Shown piece by piece: positions 36,867 through 48,621 of a stretch of 51,779 nucleotides of DNA. Both the position numbers and the translations under genes were made by a program. Source of the DNA: Penicillus capitatus (taxonomy: Eukaryota > Plantae > Chlorophyta); the NCBI GenBank assembly GCA_965649825.1, contig OZ287720.1, positions 1 through 51,779 of the forward strand, read 5' to 3'. The notes beneath the pieces are model-generated. The model was given only the letters and a program-made list of their open reading frames with translations, was not told the DNA's origin and searched no databases. Within the stretch, counting starts at the first letter, position 1, and every line of letters begins with the position of its first letter.

Positions 36867-37468
36867 TAACACGAGTTCCGACTTGAGTTCTTCCGCAAGT
36901 TCCCCGATGTCTGCTCTCGAGAAAGGATCCTCTCGTAAAGAGCGACGGTAATGGGTTCCTGTTTACTGAGGCAATGTCTGATTCTGTCAGAGTCTTAGGT
37001 GCAAAGATGATGATAGATGTGAAAGTGCCAGGCGCGAGAAGAATCGCCTCGCTCAACAACGCAGTCGACATCGTCGCAACAACGAACTTGTCCTGCTGCA
37101 GCACAAATCTGTGCATTATTCCGAGAGGGAAGCTTTTTTGCGTCAGCAGCTTCTGCAAGCAAGTGAAGAAAAGAATGCAGCGCTTGCCGAAATGGAATCC
37201 CAACGACGACAGGTATGTACGTCGCACACATCTGCGGAGCATCTTCTGATGGTTGATCTCTTTTCAGATCGAAGAATTGGCAAAACAGCTCCAAGCTTAT
37301 GAGAATGCATGCGAGACGATGCAAGGGAAGATTACGGTACTTGCCGACGAGCACTGTCAGCTTCTGCAGTCAACGAAAGCGATGGCACCAATTTCTGCCG
37401 ATCCAGCGCTGCAGAATGCACAGCAATGTCGGCTGTCTACCGGAGTCGCCCCTGCTTACTTCTTTTGA
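36787..37468 (+). CDS. bZIP transcription factor, copy B; 3 exons
   Basis: MELEQLWISLDLTCAEEASSEDNDDF; intron 36948-36998 restores frame to RREKNRLAQQRSRHRRNNELVLL (N-x7-R-x9-L). Confidence 0.75.
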
Positions 37469-38370
37469 CGCATCTACCTAAGCGATGCATATAATGGGAA
37501 AGAGAATTGAGCATGGAAAGGGCAGAGAAGAGTCGTGGCCCACGTAATAAAAAAGATCTTTTCAAGCCTAGCTCAGACACTTCTCTCGAGAAGCTATAGA
37601 GTTGAAATGTCCGAGATCACCACAAGAACGATGTATGTATAGAAACCATCGTGCGATGAGAAACCCCTACTGTCTTACATTTGTTGCCTTCGACGAGCGA
37701 TCGTGTCAACCGTTTGCGTCGTGGCGTTGTTTGACGAGATGAAGAATGTTGGTCACTCTTGTGTGACATAAAGATCGTGAATGCGTTGCAATGACCGCCG
37801 AGGATGGTATCTATTGGAGCTCGGAGATGGTGACGTGACGGCGTGACCTTACATAATATCTGACTTTGACCTCGATGGGACTTCTTCGACTAGCACCGCC
37901 CACGATCCAAAGGTTCTTCAATAAGGCCTGGATCAGTTTGATCATTGTCCGTCACATCAGTCATCGCTGTTGTACTTGACAAAATCCCATTCGCGCGTGT
38001 TCACACCTTGGTACCACAAATTCTCGACCGGCTGAAGAAGGCCGTCACCTGATGAGCTGATTTTCGTTGCAGCAGATATTCGTTGGACAGGTTCGATGTC
38101 CCCTCCGCAGAGTCCCATCTCCTATGACAAGACAGCATCTGGATGATCTCGTGGATTTCAGCGTGTAGGAATTCGATATCTGGATTGCTTCTTATCAGTG
38201 ATCACGGATGCGTCCTGTATCCAACCTTCACTGCTGTTGTGACGGACACAGGGACGGCTTATCGACGATCTTCATACTGATGAATATAGGATGATGTGAC
38301 AGCTGTCGTCGTACACGGCCACGATGCCGTCCGTTTCATTCGTTTTCTTCGTGGCGCTGGCGTCTACGAG

Positions 38371-40689
38371 ATGGTCAGAAAGGCGAAAGAAAAGCGCACG
38401 CCTACAAAACGTGCACCGGCAGCGCAGAAACCGGTCGCCAAAAAGCGCGTCCTCCAGGCCGCCAAGGTACATACACGTCGCTGCAGATCTATCCTAACGC
38501 CTCTTTGTCCGAGCAGAAAAAGAAGCCAGCCGTAGAGAAGTTGGCCAGTCGGAAGGCGCCTCTTCCTGTAAGTGCCCATCCCTGTTATGATCTGTCCGGT
38601 AGATGGTCTTGTCGCGACAGGAAGTCCGCCCGGCGGCTGAAGAGTCCGATTCCAGCGAGGACGTAAGGTCGCCGTTGTCGCGCACGTGCGATCAAGTTTT
38701 GCGTTTAGGGGGAAGTCAGTTCAGACGAAGAGGTGTCGGAGAAGCCGGCGCTGAAGGGTCCGAAACAGAAGACGGTGCAGAAGACGAAAAAAGAAGAGAG
38801 TTCATCAGAAGAGGAAGAAGATGCCGTTGTTAATGTGGCAAAGAAAGTGGAGTCGGATGACGACAGTTCTGAAGATGACAGTTCCGAAGATGAAAAGCCA
38901 AAAGCAACGGCAGGCAAAAATGCAACAAAGCCTGCGGTAGATGACGAGGCTTCTGAAGACAGCTCAGATGAAGACGAAGCGCCGCCTGTCGTTAAGAAAG
39001 GCGTCGCACAGAATAAGAGAGTGACCAACGCCGAATCTTCGTCGTCAGATGAAGACTCTTCTGAAGAGAGTTCAGAAGAAGAGGAAAAGGAGGCTCCTGT
39101 AAAAAAAGCAGCCGTGCGAAACAAGGCGGCAAAAGCAGCAGCAGTGGAGAGCTCTTCCGAAGAGGAAGACTCTGAGGATGAGAGCTCAGATGAGGAGGAA
39201 GAGCCAAAGATGACGAATAAAGCGAAGGGGAAAAACAAGATGCCGGCAAAGAAGGCGGCAGCCTCAGACGAGGAATCGTCCTCCGATGATGACGACGAAG
39301 AGATGGACGTCGATCAGCCCACAACGAAGACACAGAACGCATCCGAAGAGAGCTCGGATGAGGACGACGACAGCTCAGACGACGAAACGGGAAACGTTCC
39401 AACGAAAGCACAACACAAACGCAAAGCGGAGATGAGACCGAAGGCAGAGGACAGCCAAGACGAGGATTCCGACGAAGACGATTCCGACGAAGAAATGGAT
39501 GACGAAGATGAAAACCCCAAAACCGTTCCATCGACATCGGCCACACAATCGAAGGTCTGATCGGGCATCGGAGATCGAGAAAAACACAATGCTTGCAGAT
39601 CGTGCCTGCGGCCAAGAAGCCGAAGACCTCATCGGAAGAACAGCACGAAGTACTGATTAGCAACATTCCGTTCAGGATTCGCGAAGACGAAGTCAAAAGC
39701 TTCTTCGCTGATTGCGGCACCGTCGTGGGCGTTAAACTCAGTACGTGCGCCTCTCTATCTTTTTCGAAGAGTCGTGATGTGTCTGCTCGTGTTGTCAGTA
39801 ACAAATCCGGATGGCAGGATGAGCGGCAAGGGTCAGGTCATCTTCGATTCGGCGGCGGCTGTGGAAGCAGCCATGCAGAAGAACCGAATGGATATGGGAG
39901 GCCGTCCAGTAACTGTACAGAAGAACCGCATGGATGTTGACGGTCGTCCTGTCGCGGCCACGACTGGCATCGAAGCGGGACAAGCATCAGGTCACACGAA
40001 CGCACTCTGCATTGGTTATGGACCAGGAAAATAATGTTATATTTTTCTAACCAGGCGAAGGAGACGGTACGACGATCTTCATCAAGGGGTTCGACAGAAA
40101 CCACGCTGTCAACGATACCTATGACGAGATCCGAGCCGTTTTCGAGACATGTGGAGAGATTGTACGAATCAGTTTACCGAAGGACCACGAGTCTGGTGGA
40201 TTAAGAGGGTTCGGATACATTGAGTTTACAAATATCGAAGCCAAGGTATTATCTGTCCGGTTTGACGCCGCCCCTGTCATGATGCTTGGTGACAGATGGC
40301 AGCCCTTGCACTATCAGGGACGGAATGTGCAGGAGGATGGTTGGTGGTGGACGAAGCGACAAAATCCCAAGGAGGTGGCCGCGGAGGGCGTGGTGGTGGT
40401 GGTGGTGGCGGTTTCGGCGGAGGTTTTGGATTCGGTGCCCGAGGACGCGGCCGTGGTAGATTTGGACGTGGTACGACGCTCATTCTATTATGACTATGTT
40501 CAAGCTCACACACTGAGATTCTCAGATGGCGGCGGACGTTTCGGCGGCGGACGCGGAGATCGTGGATTTGGAGGCGGCCGTGGGGGTCGCGGGTTTGGAG
40601 GTGGTCGTGGCCGTGGAAGGGATGCAGGAAAGCCCAGGATGAAGATCGACACGGGAACACCAACAGGAAAGAAGACGACCTTTGATTGA
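38371..40689 (+). CDS. Nucleolin-like protein (acidic/basic N-terminus, two RRMs, GAR domain); multi-exon
   Basis: Alternating SSEEE/K-rich blocks, RRM1 VLISNIPF...SGKGQVIF, RRM2 TIFIKGFD...RGFGYIEF, RGG repeats, ending GKKTTFD. Confidence 0.88.
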
Positions 40690-41043
40690 TCCAGAGGAGG
40701 TCACTCCCCAGATGGGGCGTTGATCCAAGAAGGCGTCAAGACATTTCTCCGTTAACAAGACTTTATGATTTGGCAAGACATTATTTTAAAAGCTCTCTTG
40801 CAGAAAAAGCGTATACCATGGGAAAATGATGTGGATTCAATGAATACGACATTGCTGTCGTGAATGCATCGTCGTCGTCATCGCGTGATAGGACTTTGAG
40901 TTTTCGAGCAGGGTAGATCCCGAATGGCGTGAGAATGGCTGTGCGCTGTTGGTGAACAAACACACGCATGCGCAGAATAATCTTAAAACTGAAAGCGTAA
41001 AGTGGGTTTTGATGCTGATGGACTGATTGTTGTGTTTTGGCAG

Positions 41044-42918
41044 TTTGATATGGTCGTTCAGATTCTGCCGTTTTTGATTCTGGGTCTGGGAATTGACGAT
41101 ACCTTTGTCATTATCGGCGCCTATCAGCGTGTCCCTGTCGATCTGCCTGTTCCAGAGAAGATTGCTCTGACACTGGAACGGGCAGGATCGTCGATCTTTG
41201 TCACATCAGCTACAGATTTCTGCGCTTTCCTCATGGGACTCTACACCAGACTCCCTGCTCTTTACCAATTCTCTGTTCATGCTTCATTGGCCATTCTTTT
41301 CGATTTTGGATTCCAAGTAAGTGCCTGTCCTTCTTGTTTGCGATCTGGCCTTCATTCGGATCGATCTGCCTTAGGTTACCTTTTTCGTAGCATTCCTCGT
41401 TTTGGACGCCAGAAGAGAAGCTAGATACCGTAACGGAAGTCCAAACTACGGCCTGAAGAGTTGCTGCGCCGACAGTCCCTACGACGAAGACAAAATCGTC
41501 AAAGCAGCACCAGAAGGCCAAGAAATGCGAACCACGTCCCCGGTCGAGCCAGAAAACGGACAGAAAGAGACGAGCACGCAAGCCTTTGTGAAGCATCCAG
41601 ACGCATGGAAGAAGATGTGTGGAGAAGGAGAATACAATCCAGAGACGCCGAGTTTTTCCACAAAGCTGGCTGGAACATACATCCCATCTGTCACATTGCA
41701 TCCCATCGGGCGCATCATCGTGATCGCCATCGAATGCGGTTTGCTCGCATGGGCCATCTACGGTTGCACCAAGGTCAAGATGAACTTCAACTACATCGAC
41801 ATGTTCACCCCAGACGATTCGCCGCTCAAAACAGCCTTCGATCTCGAGAACCAGTACTACAATGGCGATCAGCTCTTCTTCTCGGTCTACACGAAAGAGG
41901 CAGCGAGTGGAGACTACTTTAATCACCAGGATGAACTGGAACAGCTCAGGGTGAACTTGGATGCCGATCCGTACATTGTTGGTCCAGTGCACACATGGTC
42001 CGTAATTGCGTCACGAGTGTGCTCTTTCCTGAGCTGTGTCGGTGTCTTAGGTATGAGAGATATATCGCGTGGCTGCAAACGGATTCCGCCTACGAGGATC
42101 AGCTGACGGATGATGGTCTCCCTCCCGACTCCGATTCCTTCCACGACTGGCTGAAGGAATTCCTCCGTGGACCCGGCGCCGTTTTCAAGGACTTCGTGAT
42201 CTTCAGCAACGGATCCGATTCTCGCATCATCTCATCCAAGATCGATGCCGTCACGGTGGACATCGAGGACGGGCAACAGTCGATTGATCTCCTGGACAGT
42301 ATACGAGACACCATCGAAGACGCTGCGCCCTCTTTGGATCCCGTTCCCTTCTCCGTTGCCTTTCTCTTCTACGACGGTTTCCGTGTCATCACATGGGAGA
42401 CCATCCGCAACGTCATCATGGCTGGAGTGGGCGTCTTCGTCATGAATGTGATCGTCTTGGCCAGCATCCCTATGGCTGCCATCGTGGTGGGTATGGTGGC
42501 ATTGACAGATGTCATGCTGTTTGGATACATGTGGTATGTGGATCAGTATTTCAATCCCGTCACCGCCATCAATCTGGTCTTGGCTGTTGGTATCGCGGTG
42601 GACTATTCTGCACACATCGCGCATTCCTTTCTGGTTCTCTCTGGGGATCGTCCGAGTCGAGCCAGAGGAGCGCTCGAGCACATTGGTGGTGAAGTCATTT
42701 CTGGAGCCTTCACGACTTGGTTGGGCATTGTCATCATGGGCTTCACGGAGCACTACATCTTTCAATCCTTCTTCAAAATGTTCTTCGCCATCGTTGTCGC
42801 TGGAGCATGGCACGGCATCGTTTTCTTACCTGTTGTGTTGAGTTTCGTCGGGTCCGGCCCTTACCTCTCCAGGACGGGTGAAGAGAAGGTTTCCCGTTCA
42901 GTTGCTGCATCAAACTGA
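41044..42918 (+). CDS. Patched/NPC1-like sterol-sensing-domain membrane protein, apparently lacking its N-terminal half
   Basis: QILPFLILGLGIDDTFVI, GSSIFVTSATDFCAF, AVGIAVDYSAHIAH, FQSFFKMF, GAWHGIVFLPV. It begins at an intron-like acceptor (CAG 41041-41043) with no upstream exon found. Confidence 0.75.
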
Positions 42919-43098
42919 CTGCTGTCGAAACTGTTTATAGTACAGAACGCAAATGATGTTGTATTTTAGACTGTTTTTTGACATTCTGACGTGTCCATAA
43001 CATCCGGATCAAGGAACGAAAATTCTGAACGGTGTTGTTCTTTGTGTGCTGCAGGCTATGGGAGTATCCAGGACAGGTTTCTTCAGAACAGACGGAGA

Positions 43099-44186
43099 TC
43101 ATTTTCTTTCTTTGGGGGCAGCCCATTCGCAGTGCAGAATGAGATTGGAATAGCCATATCCGTCCAGCGTCTTGATCGCCCTTTCGGCATCCTCTCTGCA
43201 CCACTTGGCTGTCAGGGTCTTTCTTGTAGGGCATCGCACATCACCTTCTGCTGAAATTGATGAAAGCAAAGCCGCGGCTTCGGTTTGTTTCTTTGTCAAT
43301 GGCCAAGTAGATCCTCGAGATGTGGCCAAACGCAGAGAAGAGATCCTGTGGAGCAAGCAACATGGAGCGATGCCGACCGAGAAGCGTGATACGTGGAGAT
43401 CCTCTTCTGCCACTTCGTCTGACAGGTTCGTCACACGAACCGAGTTTTCGTTTCCTGGTCGTCGATACTTGTCATCTGCCACAGCATCCGGCCTCAAACG
43501 TGGTGGAACATACCTGACCACGCACACATCCAGTAGACGATGCCCTAGACGGAGCAGGCATACTTGTTGGGATTCGCCGCTCTGGCTGGCTCTTCTGCTT
43601 GCGTCTCAGGTTCGTCAGCTCCGGTGCGCCGGATGTCTTGCAGTCGACGCTCTTCTTTCTTCTGCTGCAACATGTTCTCCATTCTGCGCATAGTGCCATC
43701 GCCTTGCGCACGGAGAGGCAAGAGACAGAGGGATCGTCGCACTTCTTCACAACGGTCCTCTTATCTCCGTCCTCCAAACTTTTTTGAATGTCTTCGATTC
43801 TGTTCTGCTGCATCGTTTTGGTTTTGGTCCGCATGTTCTCAAACGGTATCTCTTCATTCGATGCAGCCGTCATGCTCTCGGCGCTTCGAGCTGCTGCCCC
43901 AAACTTCTCCCAGTCGCGACGCACTTGAGATATCTACGCCTATTCACATTGTCTGTGTCCCGAGAGGCGGACCCGAGTTTTCTGCCTTATAGACTTTCTG
44001 CTGGACAGAGGCGACACGAATCTTCGTCGTCTTCTTGATGGCCTGTCCCTTATCGTTGCGATAGTATTCGATCCTGAGTTTGATTCCGTGCTCGTCGACG
44101 GCGGTCTCTTCCGTCGGAGGGAGAAAGTCTTCGTCCTCTGGGTCTTCATCTCCCCAGCGACGTCGGTCGACGCGGGCGGCGGCCAT
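43099..44186 (-). CDS. EIF3G: Eukaryotic translation initiation factor 3 subunit G; multi-exon
   Basis: RWGDED...LPP, WEKFGAA, C-terminal RRM NSVRVTNLSDEV...AERAIKTLDGYGYSNLILHCEWA. Confidence 0.92.
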
Positions 44187-44453
44187 GGATGAAGGAATGT
44201 TGCGTGTAGGCTGTCGTGCGTTATGGATCGATCCAATTGCATTTCATTTTGGTCGACGATCCAGTCGAGACAATCCATCCAATCCTGCATGCGAATCGGG
44301 CATCCGGTCAGGTGGAGAGATCTTGACGCCGCCAATGGAAGGGAAGGGCGTTCGTGAAATGCACGAAAGCGAGAAGGGCGACGTGGCGTGGCAGGAGAGG
44401 CCATTGCTTCCACATGCGTCGCTGCAGAATGCCGATTTCATTGTGGCGGTTTG

Positions 44454-46096
44454 ATGGATTTGACCGTCGCGATGGGACATTTGCCCACAGAAGAGGTGTT
44501 GTGCAAGGATGCCGCGAAGAAAGAGGAAGCGCTCTGCATTGTGAAATGTTCATTTGTACTGAATCCCCAGGAGGATGGCTATCCAATCGAATCTGCATCG
44601 AACGGATTTCTCCATGCAGTGGAGAGGAAACGAAAAGACGTCATCGGAGAAAGCTGGAACTGTTTTGTGGTAAAGATCCCGCCGAGAAGAATCCAGTCGG
44701 TGAACATCGATACAGGATATGAATAGACGCGGCTCAGCCATTGAAGAGATGCTGGAAGCATTGCAGGAACGCAGAGCCATTGCTCGAATCCTGAACATCG
44801 TGAAGGGGAGCAACCCTTCCGAAGAGAGAGTCGTGAACCTGGTTCCTATATTCGACCACAGCCGACACACCTTGAAGTACCTTGGAAGGATCAGCACCGT
44901 GAGCGAAACGGAATCCTCTGCGGACGCGCTTCTGGAGAGAATATCCTCGCAGGTATGCTAACACTCAGCAGGGAAGATCGATGCCTTTGTGCTGAAGATG
45001 TGTGTATGTGCGCATAGGTACAGCATCACTTCCGGTGCTCACTACTGACAGAGGAGACGGCATCCGATAGCATCATTCTGTCAGCCAGTGCAGGTTTTGC
45101 AGAGCTAACAGGATTTGATCACAACGATGTCTATCGATCATCTTTTCTGGACCTCTGTGGTCCACTTCGAGAAAAAGACAATTGGAAGTCTTTGCGTTCA
45201 AGCAGAGAAGTGCTCGCGATGTCGTGGAGACCAATGCTGCTGTACAAGAAAGATGGTCATCCCTTCGAAGCGCTCGTCTTCACTTTTCCTCTTTGCTCGG
45301 CGCCGACCGGCTCCTTCGTCCATCAGTGTCTTCGAGTCGTCATCGATGTCACGGCTGCGCAGCCTGATCAGCTGGGAAACTATGTCCTTGGTCGATCCAT
45401 CGGCAGCGGTGCCAGTGGAATCGTCCGTATTGCAAAGTCCCTTGCAGGCGGTGGGCGATCCAACAAGAAGGCCCGTTTCTGTTTGTACTGGATCTCCTTG
45501 TTTGCGTGCATTAGATGAGATCGTGGCTGTCAAAGTGGTCGATGCAACGAAGTTCCGTAGCATCGCCGAGATCGAACTGATCCAGGATGAGATCAGGGCG
45601 CTGTCCAGTGTCAAACACGAGAATATTGTCAATCTGCGCGAAGTCCTTTTCGAAGACCACGTCTTCTACTTTGTCATGGATTTTGCCTCTGGCGGCTCTC
45701 TTGTGCTTCCATCCACCCTGTCCTTTCATTCTCATAAAACGCCTTTGCCTACAGGCACAACACGTGCGATCCAGAGACCCGTCTCTGCTGCCAGAGGAAG
45801 AGGCCAAAGAAATCTTTCGCCAAATCGCTGCAGCTGTCTCTTACTGTCATCGAAGGTGATGCCTGTATGCCATCCATGGCTGCACCCTTACCGAGAGATG
45901 CGCCAATGCAGACGGGTCATCCATCGGGATCTGAAGCCAGAGAACATTCTTCTCGATGCTCACGGTCGCGTTCAGGTTGCCGATTTTGGCCTGTCCGCCA
46001 TCGCTGCCCCATGTGGCAGTCTGTCGAGTGTCCGTGGCACTCCTGAGTTCCTCGCACCGGAGTTGATTTCTTCGAGTGAATTTGATGGAGCCTCGG
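44454..46096 (+). CDS. Two LOV-like PAS domains + SNF1/CAMK-type Ser/Thr kinase; 3'-truncated at the junction
   Basis: PAS1 EALCIVKCSFVL..GYPIESASNGF...VIG; PAS2 IILSASAGFAELTGF...YKKDGHPF; kinase GSGASGIV, VAVK, HRDLKPEN, DFG, GTPEFLAPE. Subdomains IX-XI are absent. The start and one splice site are uncertain. Confidence 0.8.
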
Positions 46097-46097
46097 A
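46088..46097. other. Eukaryote/bacterium sequence junction
   Basis: The intron-containing kinase (+) ends at ...EFDGAS and the bacterial TonB receptor (-) ends at ...KFTDYISE at the same point; both are truncated. Confidence 0.88.
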
Positions 46098-48053
46098 GAT
46101 GTAGTCGGTGAACTTGCTGTCATTGTAAGCGACTACACCGGTAAGGCTCAAACCCTCTAACGGTGTCAGCCAAAGTGCATCCAGTTCTATACCTTCGATT
46201 TTGGATGACCCAGCATTGTCAGTGGAAACAACTGGAGAGGCGACTCCATTGACCACCACTTCTTTTACAACAGATAGCTGCAGTTCGTCATAGTCGTAGC
46301 TATAGGCTGCACCGTTGATGCGAAGCGTATTGTCAAACCACTCCGACTTAAACCCGAGTTCAAAACCTGCAACCGTTTCGCTCAAGAATGAGTCATCGAT
46401 GGCGTCATCTGGATTCCCCGCAGTCACTGCTCGATCGAGATAGGAAGCGTTGAAGCCACCTGATTTGAAACCCTCTTTGTAATTTGCGAAAAAGTTCAGG
46501 TCATCCGTCGCATCCCAGGACACAGTGACCTCTGGCGAAAAGTTGTCTTCCGACAGTGAATCTGGATCCATATTGAATCTAGCGTCTGGCTGCCCAATGA
46601 ATCCACCTCCAGTGTCTCTTTCTTCATCGGTGTAACGACCACCGACCGACAATGAGAGCTTGTCTGTAATGTCGAGTTCTGCCTGGGCAAAAGCAGACCA
46701 AGAGCTCTGTCCAACATAAACCTCGCTGTCGGGAACGAGAGTAACACCTTGTGTAACCCAGACATTGCCGCCGGAGTCGGTCCTGCGGTCATCAACAAAC
46801 GCTCCTAACGTTGTGCGGAAGCGACCAAAGTCCCCTGAGAACCGCAGCTCCTGAGAAAACTGCTCGACGTCCACATATTGGGCAAAACCCAATATCTGGG
46901 ATGGGACGAGCGAGCGTTCAGCCACATTTCCGAAGTAGTAGTTATCAACATTGACGTAGCCCGTAATACTATGAACCGACCATTCGTCAGTTAGATCAAA
47001 CGAGGCATCCAAAGTGATTTGCGCAAGTTTATAGTCTTGCGTTGGTTTATCTGCCGCCTGAGTAGCTGGGGCTGTCTGAAAGTTCACGATGTTTAAGACA
47101 TCATCGTTCGATGTGAACGGTGCTGTAGCGAAAGTGTCATTTAAGGTACAGTCCGAATATGGATTGTCGACTAACACATCATCGCCACAAACAAAGTTCT
47201 GGACCTGATTGTACTGTCCACCTTCGCGATGGCCGTACAGAGCTTTCAGTACAACTTCACCGCGATCGAATTCACCTCTAAGCGTTCCGATACCCAAAAT
47301 GTCAGAATAGTTGGGACCTTTGTCGTTGAAAGGCTGTGCAACAGTTGGGTCGTCCTCATCACCATCACCGAACGTGTTTGTGAAAAAGCCTTCGGAATCT
47401 TGTCCTTTGACAGCCAGACGCGCACCCCAGTTTTCACTTAGCGGCCCGGAAATGATACCGTGTCCATAGACACGTTCGCCATTGAACTCGTACCCGGTTT
47501 GAACCTCTGTGAAGAACTCATCGGTCGGCATCTTTGTGCGAACGGCGATAATTCCGCCAGGACTGTTCTTTCCAAAGAACAGCGCCTGCGGCCCTTTCAG
47601 AACCTCAATGGCTTCAACATCAAAAAGGCCATACCTGAAAATCTGGGACGAGCTGTGCGCAACACCGTCCATGACGACTGAAACAGGTTCATCGCTCATA
47701 GCGTTGATGTCGTTACCCGTAACGCCGCGAAGCGAGATCTTTGGGTTGAGCGTGCCTTCCGTGTAGACGCTGAGCCCCGCAACAAGACTGTTCAAGTCCT
47801 TGAAGTTAGATGTTCCCAAGGCTTCAAGCACCTCAGAATCAAATGCCTGAACAACCACCGGCACATCTTGAAGACTTTCTTCCTGCTTTCGCGCCTCAAC
47901 AACAATTGTATCGAGCTTACGTGAAGAGGCTTCCCCAGCGGCCTCCTCAACCTTTGCGGCCTCGCCATTGTCTGTTTGCGCAAATGCTCCGGACACCAGG
48001 ATAGGTGCAGTTGCCGCAGCCACAAAAAGTGACTTCTTTGTCATTCTTTTCAA
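46097..48053 (-). CDS. TonB-dependent outer-membrane receptor, C-terminally truncated
   Basis: Signal peptide, TonB box DTIVVEA, plug motif IEVLKGPQALFFGKNSPGGII, beta-barrel strands. TTG start with GGAGG 6 nt upstream. No terminal barrel strand or aromatic C-terminus. Confidence 0.92.
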
Positions 48054-48263
48054 AGTATTCCTCCCGACAGCGCCATTCCCCGATGACGCTTTTCATTGTG
48101 CTCAATTGTCGGCAGCCTCAGGCGATAGCGCGCATGAAGACTCCTACTTTCGTAACCTCGCACACTTATTGGATCGATCGGAGAAACGATTAGTTAGGCA
48201 AAACCTTCCCGATAATTGGGCGGATCATTTGCTTCTCATAGCTAAACAATAGGCTTCTCACCG

Positions 48264-48280
48264 ACCTTGAGGCTCAAGGT
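48264..48280. promoter_or_regulatory. Perfect dyad ACCTTGAG-G-CTCAAGGT, candidate transcription-factor operator
   Basis: An 8-1-8 inverted repeat in the divergent intergenic region between the receptor and LysR genes. Confidence 0.35.
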
Positions 48281-48621
48281 GGATGGCGACAACTCCTTGA
48301 TGCAAGTCATTCGACAGCTCGAGATAGTCTTAGTTGTAAAGGATGAAGTCACTGGATTGGTCGATCAGTGACGCGCAACGACTGTTTATCACCCAACTAG
48401 TACGTGTAGAATAAATGGAGACGATAATGCGACCTGCATCTATTTGCCAAAGGCAGGAACGCGCTCCTCGCCACGGACGCATAATCATGTTGGCGACTGA
48501 ATCTGGCAATATAAAAGCACCTTGTGTCATGACCAGTGAATTGATGATTCACATGCCATTGGAAGGCCTTGAATAACCAACGGAAAACCAAAAAAAACAA
48601 ACCCAAAACGGTACTTGAAGA

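Noticed and set aside
37500-38300. Possible small minus-strand gene or pseudogene between bZIP copy B and nucleolin
   Set aside because: It has splice-like signals and short open stretches, but no start-to-stop model or recognisable family.
38371-40689. Low-complexity acidic and RGG repeats; possible intronic snoRNAs
   Set aside because: The repeats are standard for nucleolin. The introns are ~50 nt and show no convincing C/D or H/ACA structure.
1-46095. Alternative nuclear code (TAA/TAG = Gln) used by some ulvophyte algae
   Set aside because: TAA and TAG end genes at the expected positions (PK ...VK-TAA, eIF5 acidic tail-TAG), and apparent internal stops fall in introns.
45972-46096. C-terminal ~40 aa of ORF 45972-48053 (…APSNSLEEINSGARNSG…)
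   Set aside because: This is read-through past the junction into the antisense strand of the algal kinase, not receptor sequence.
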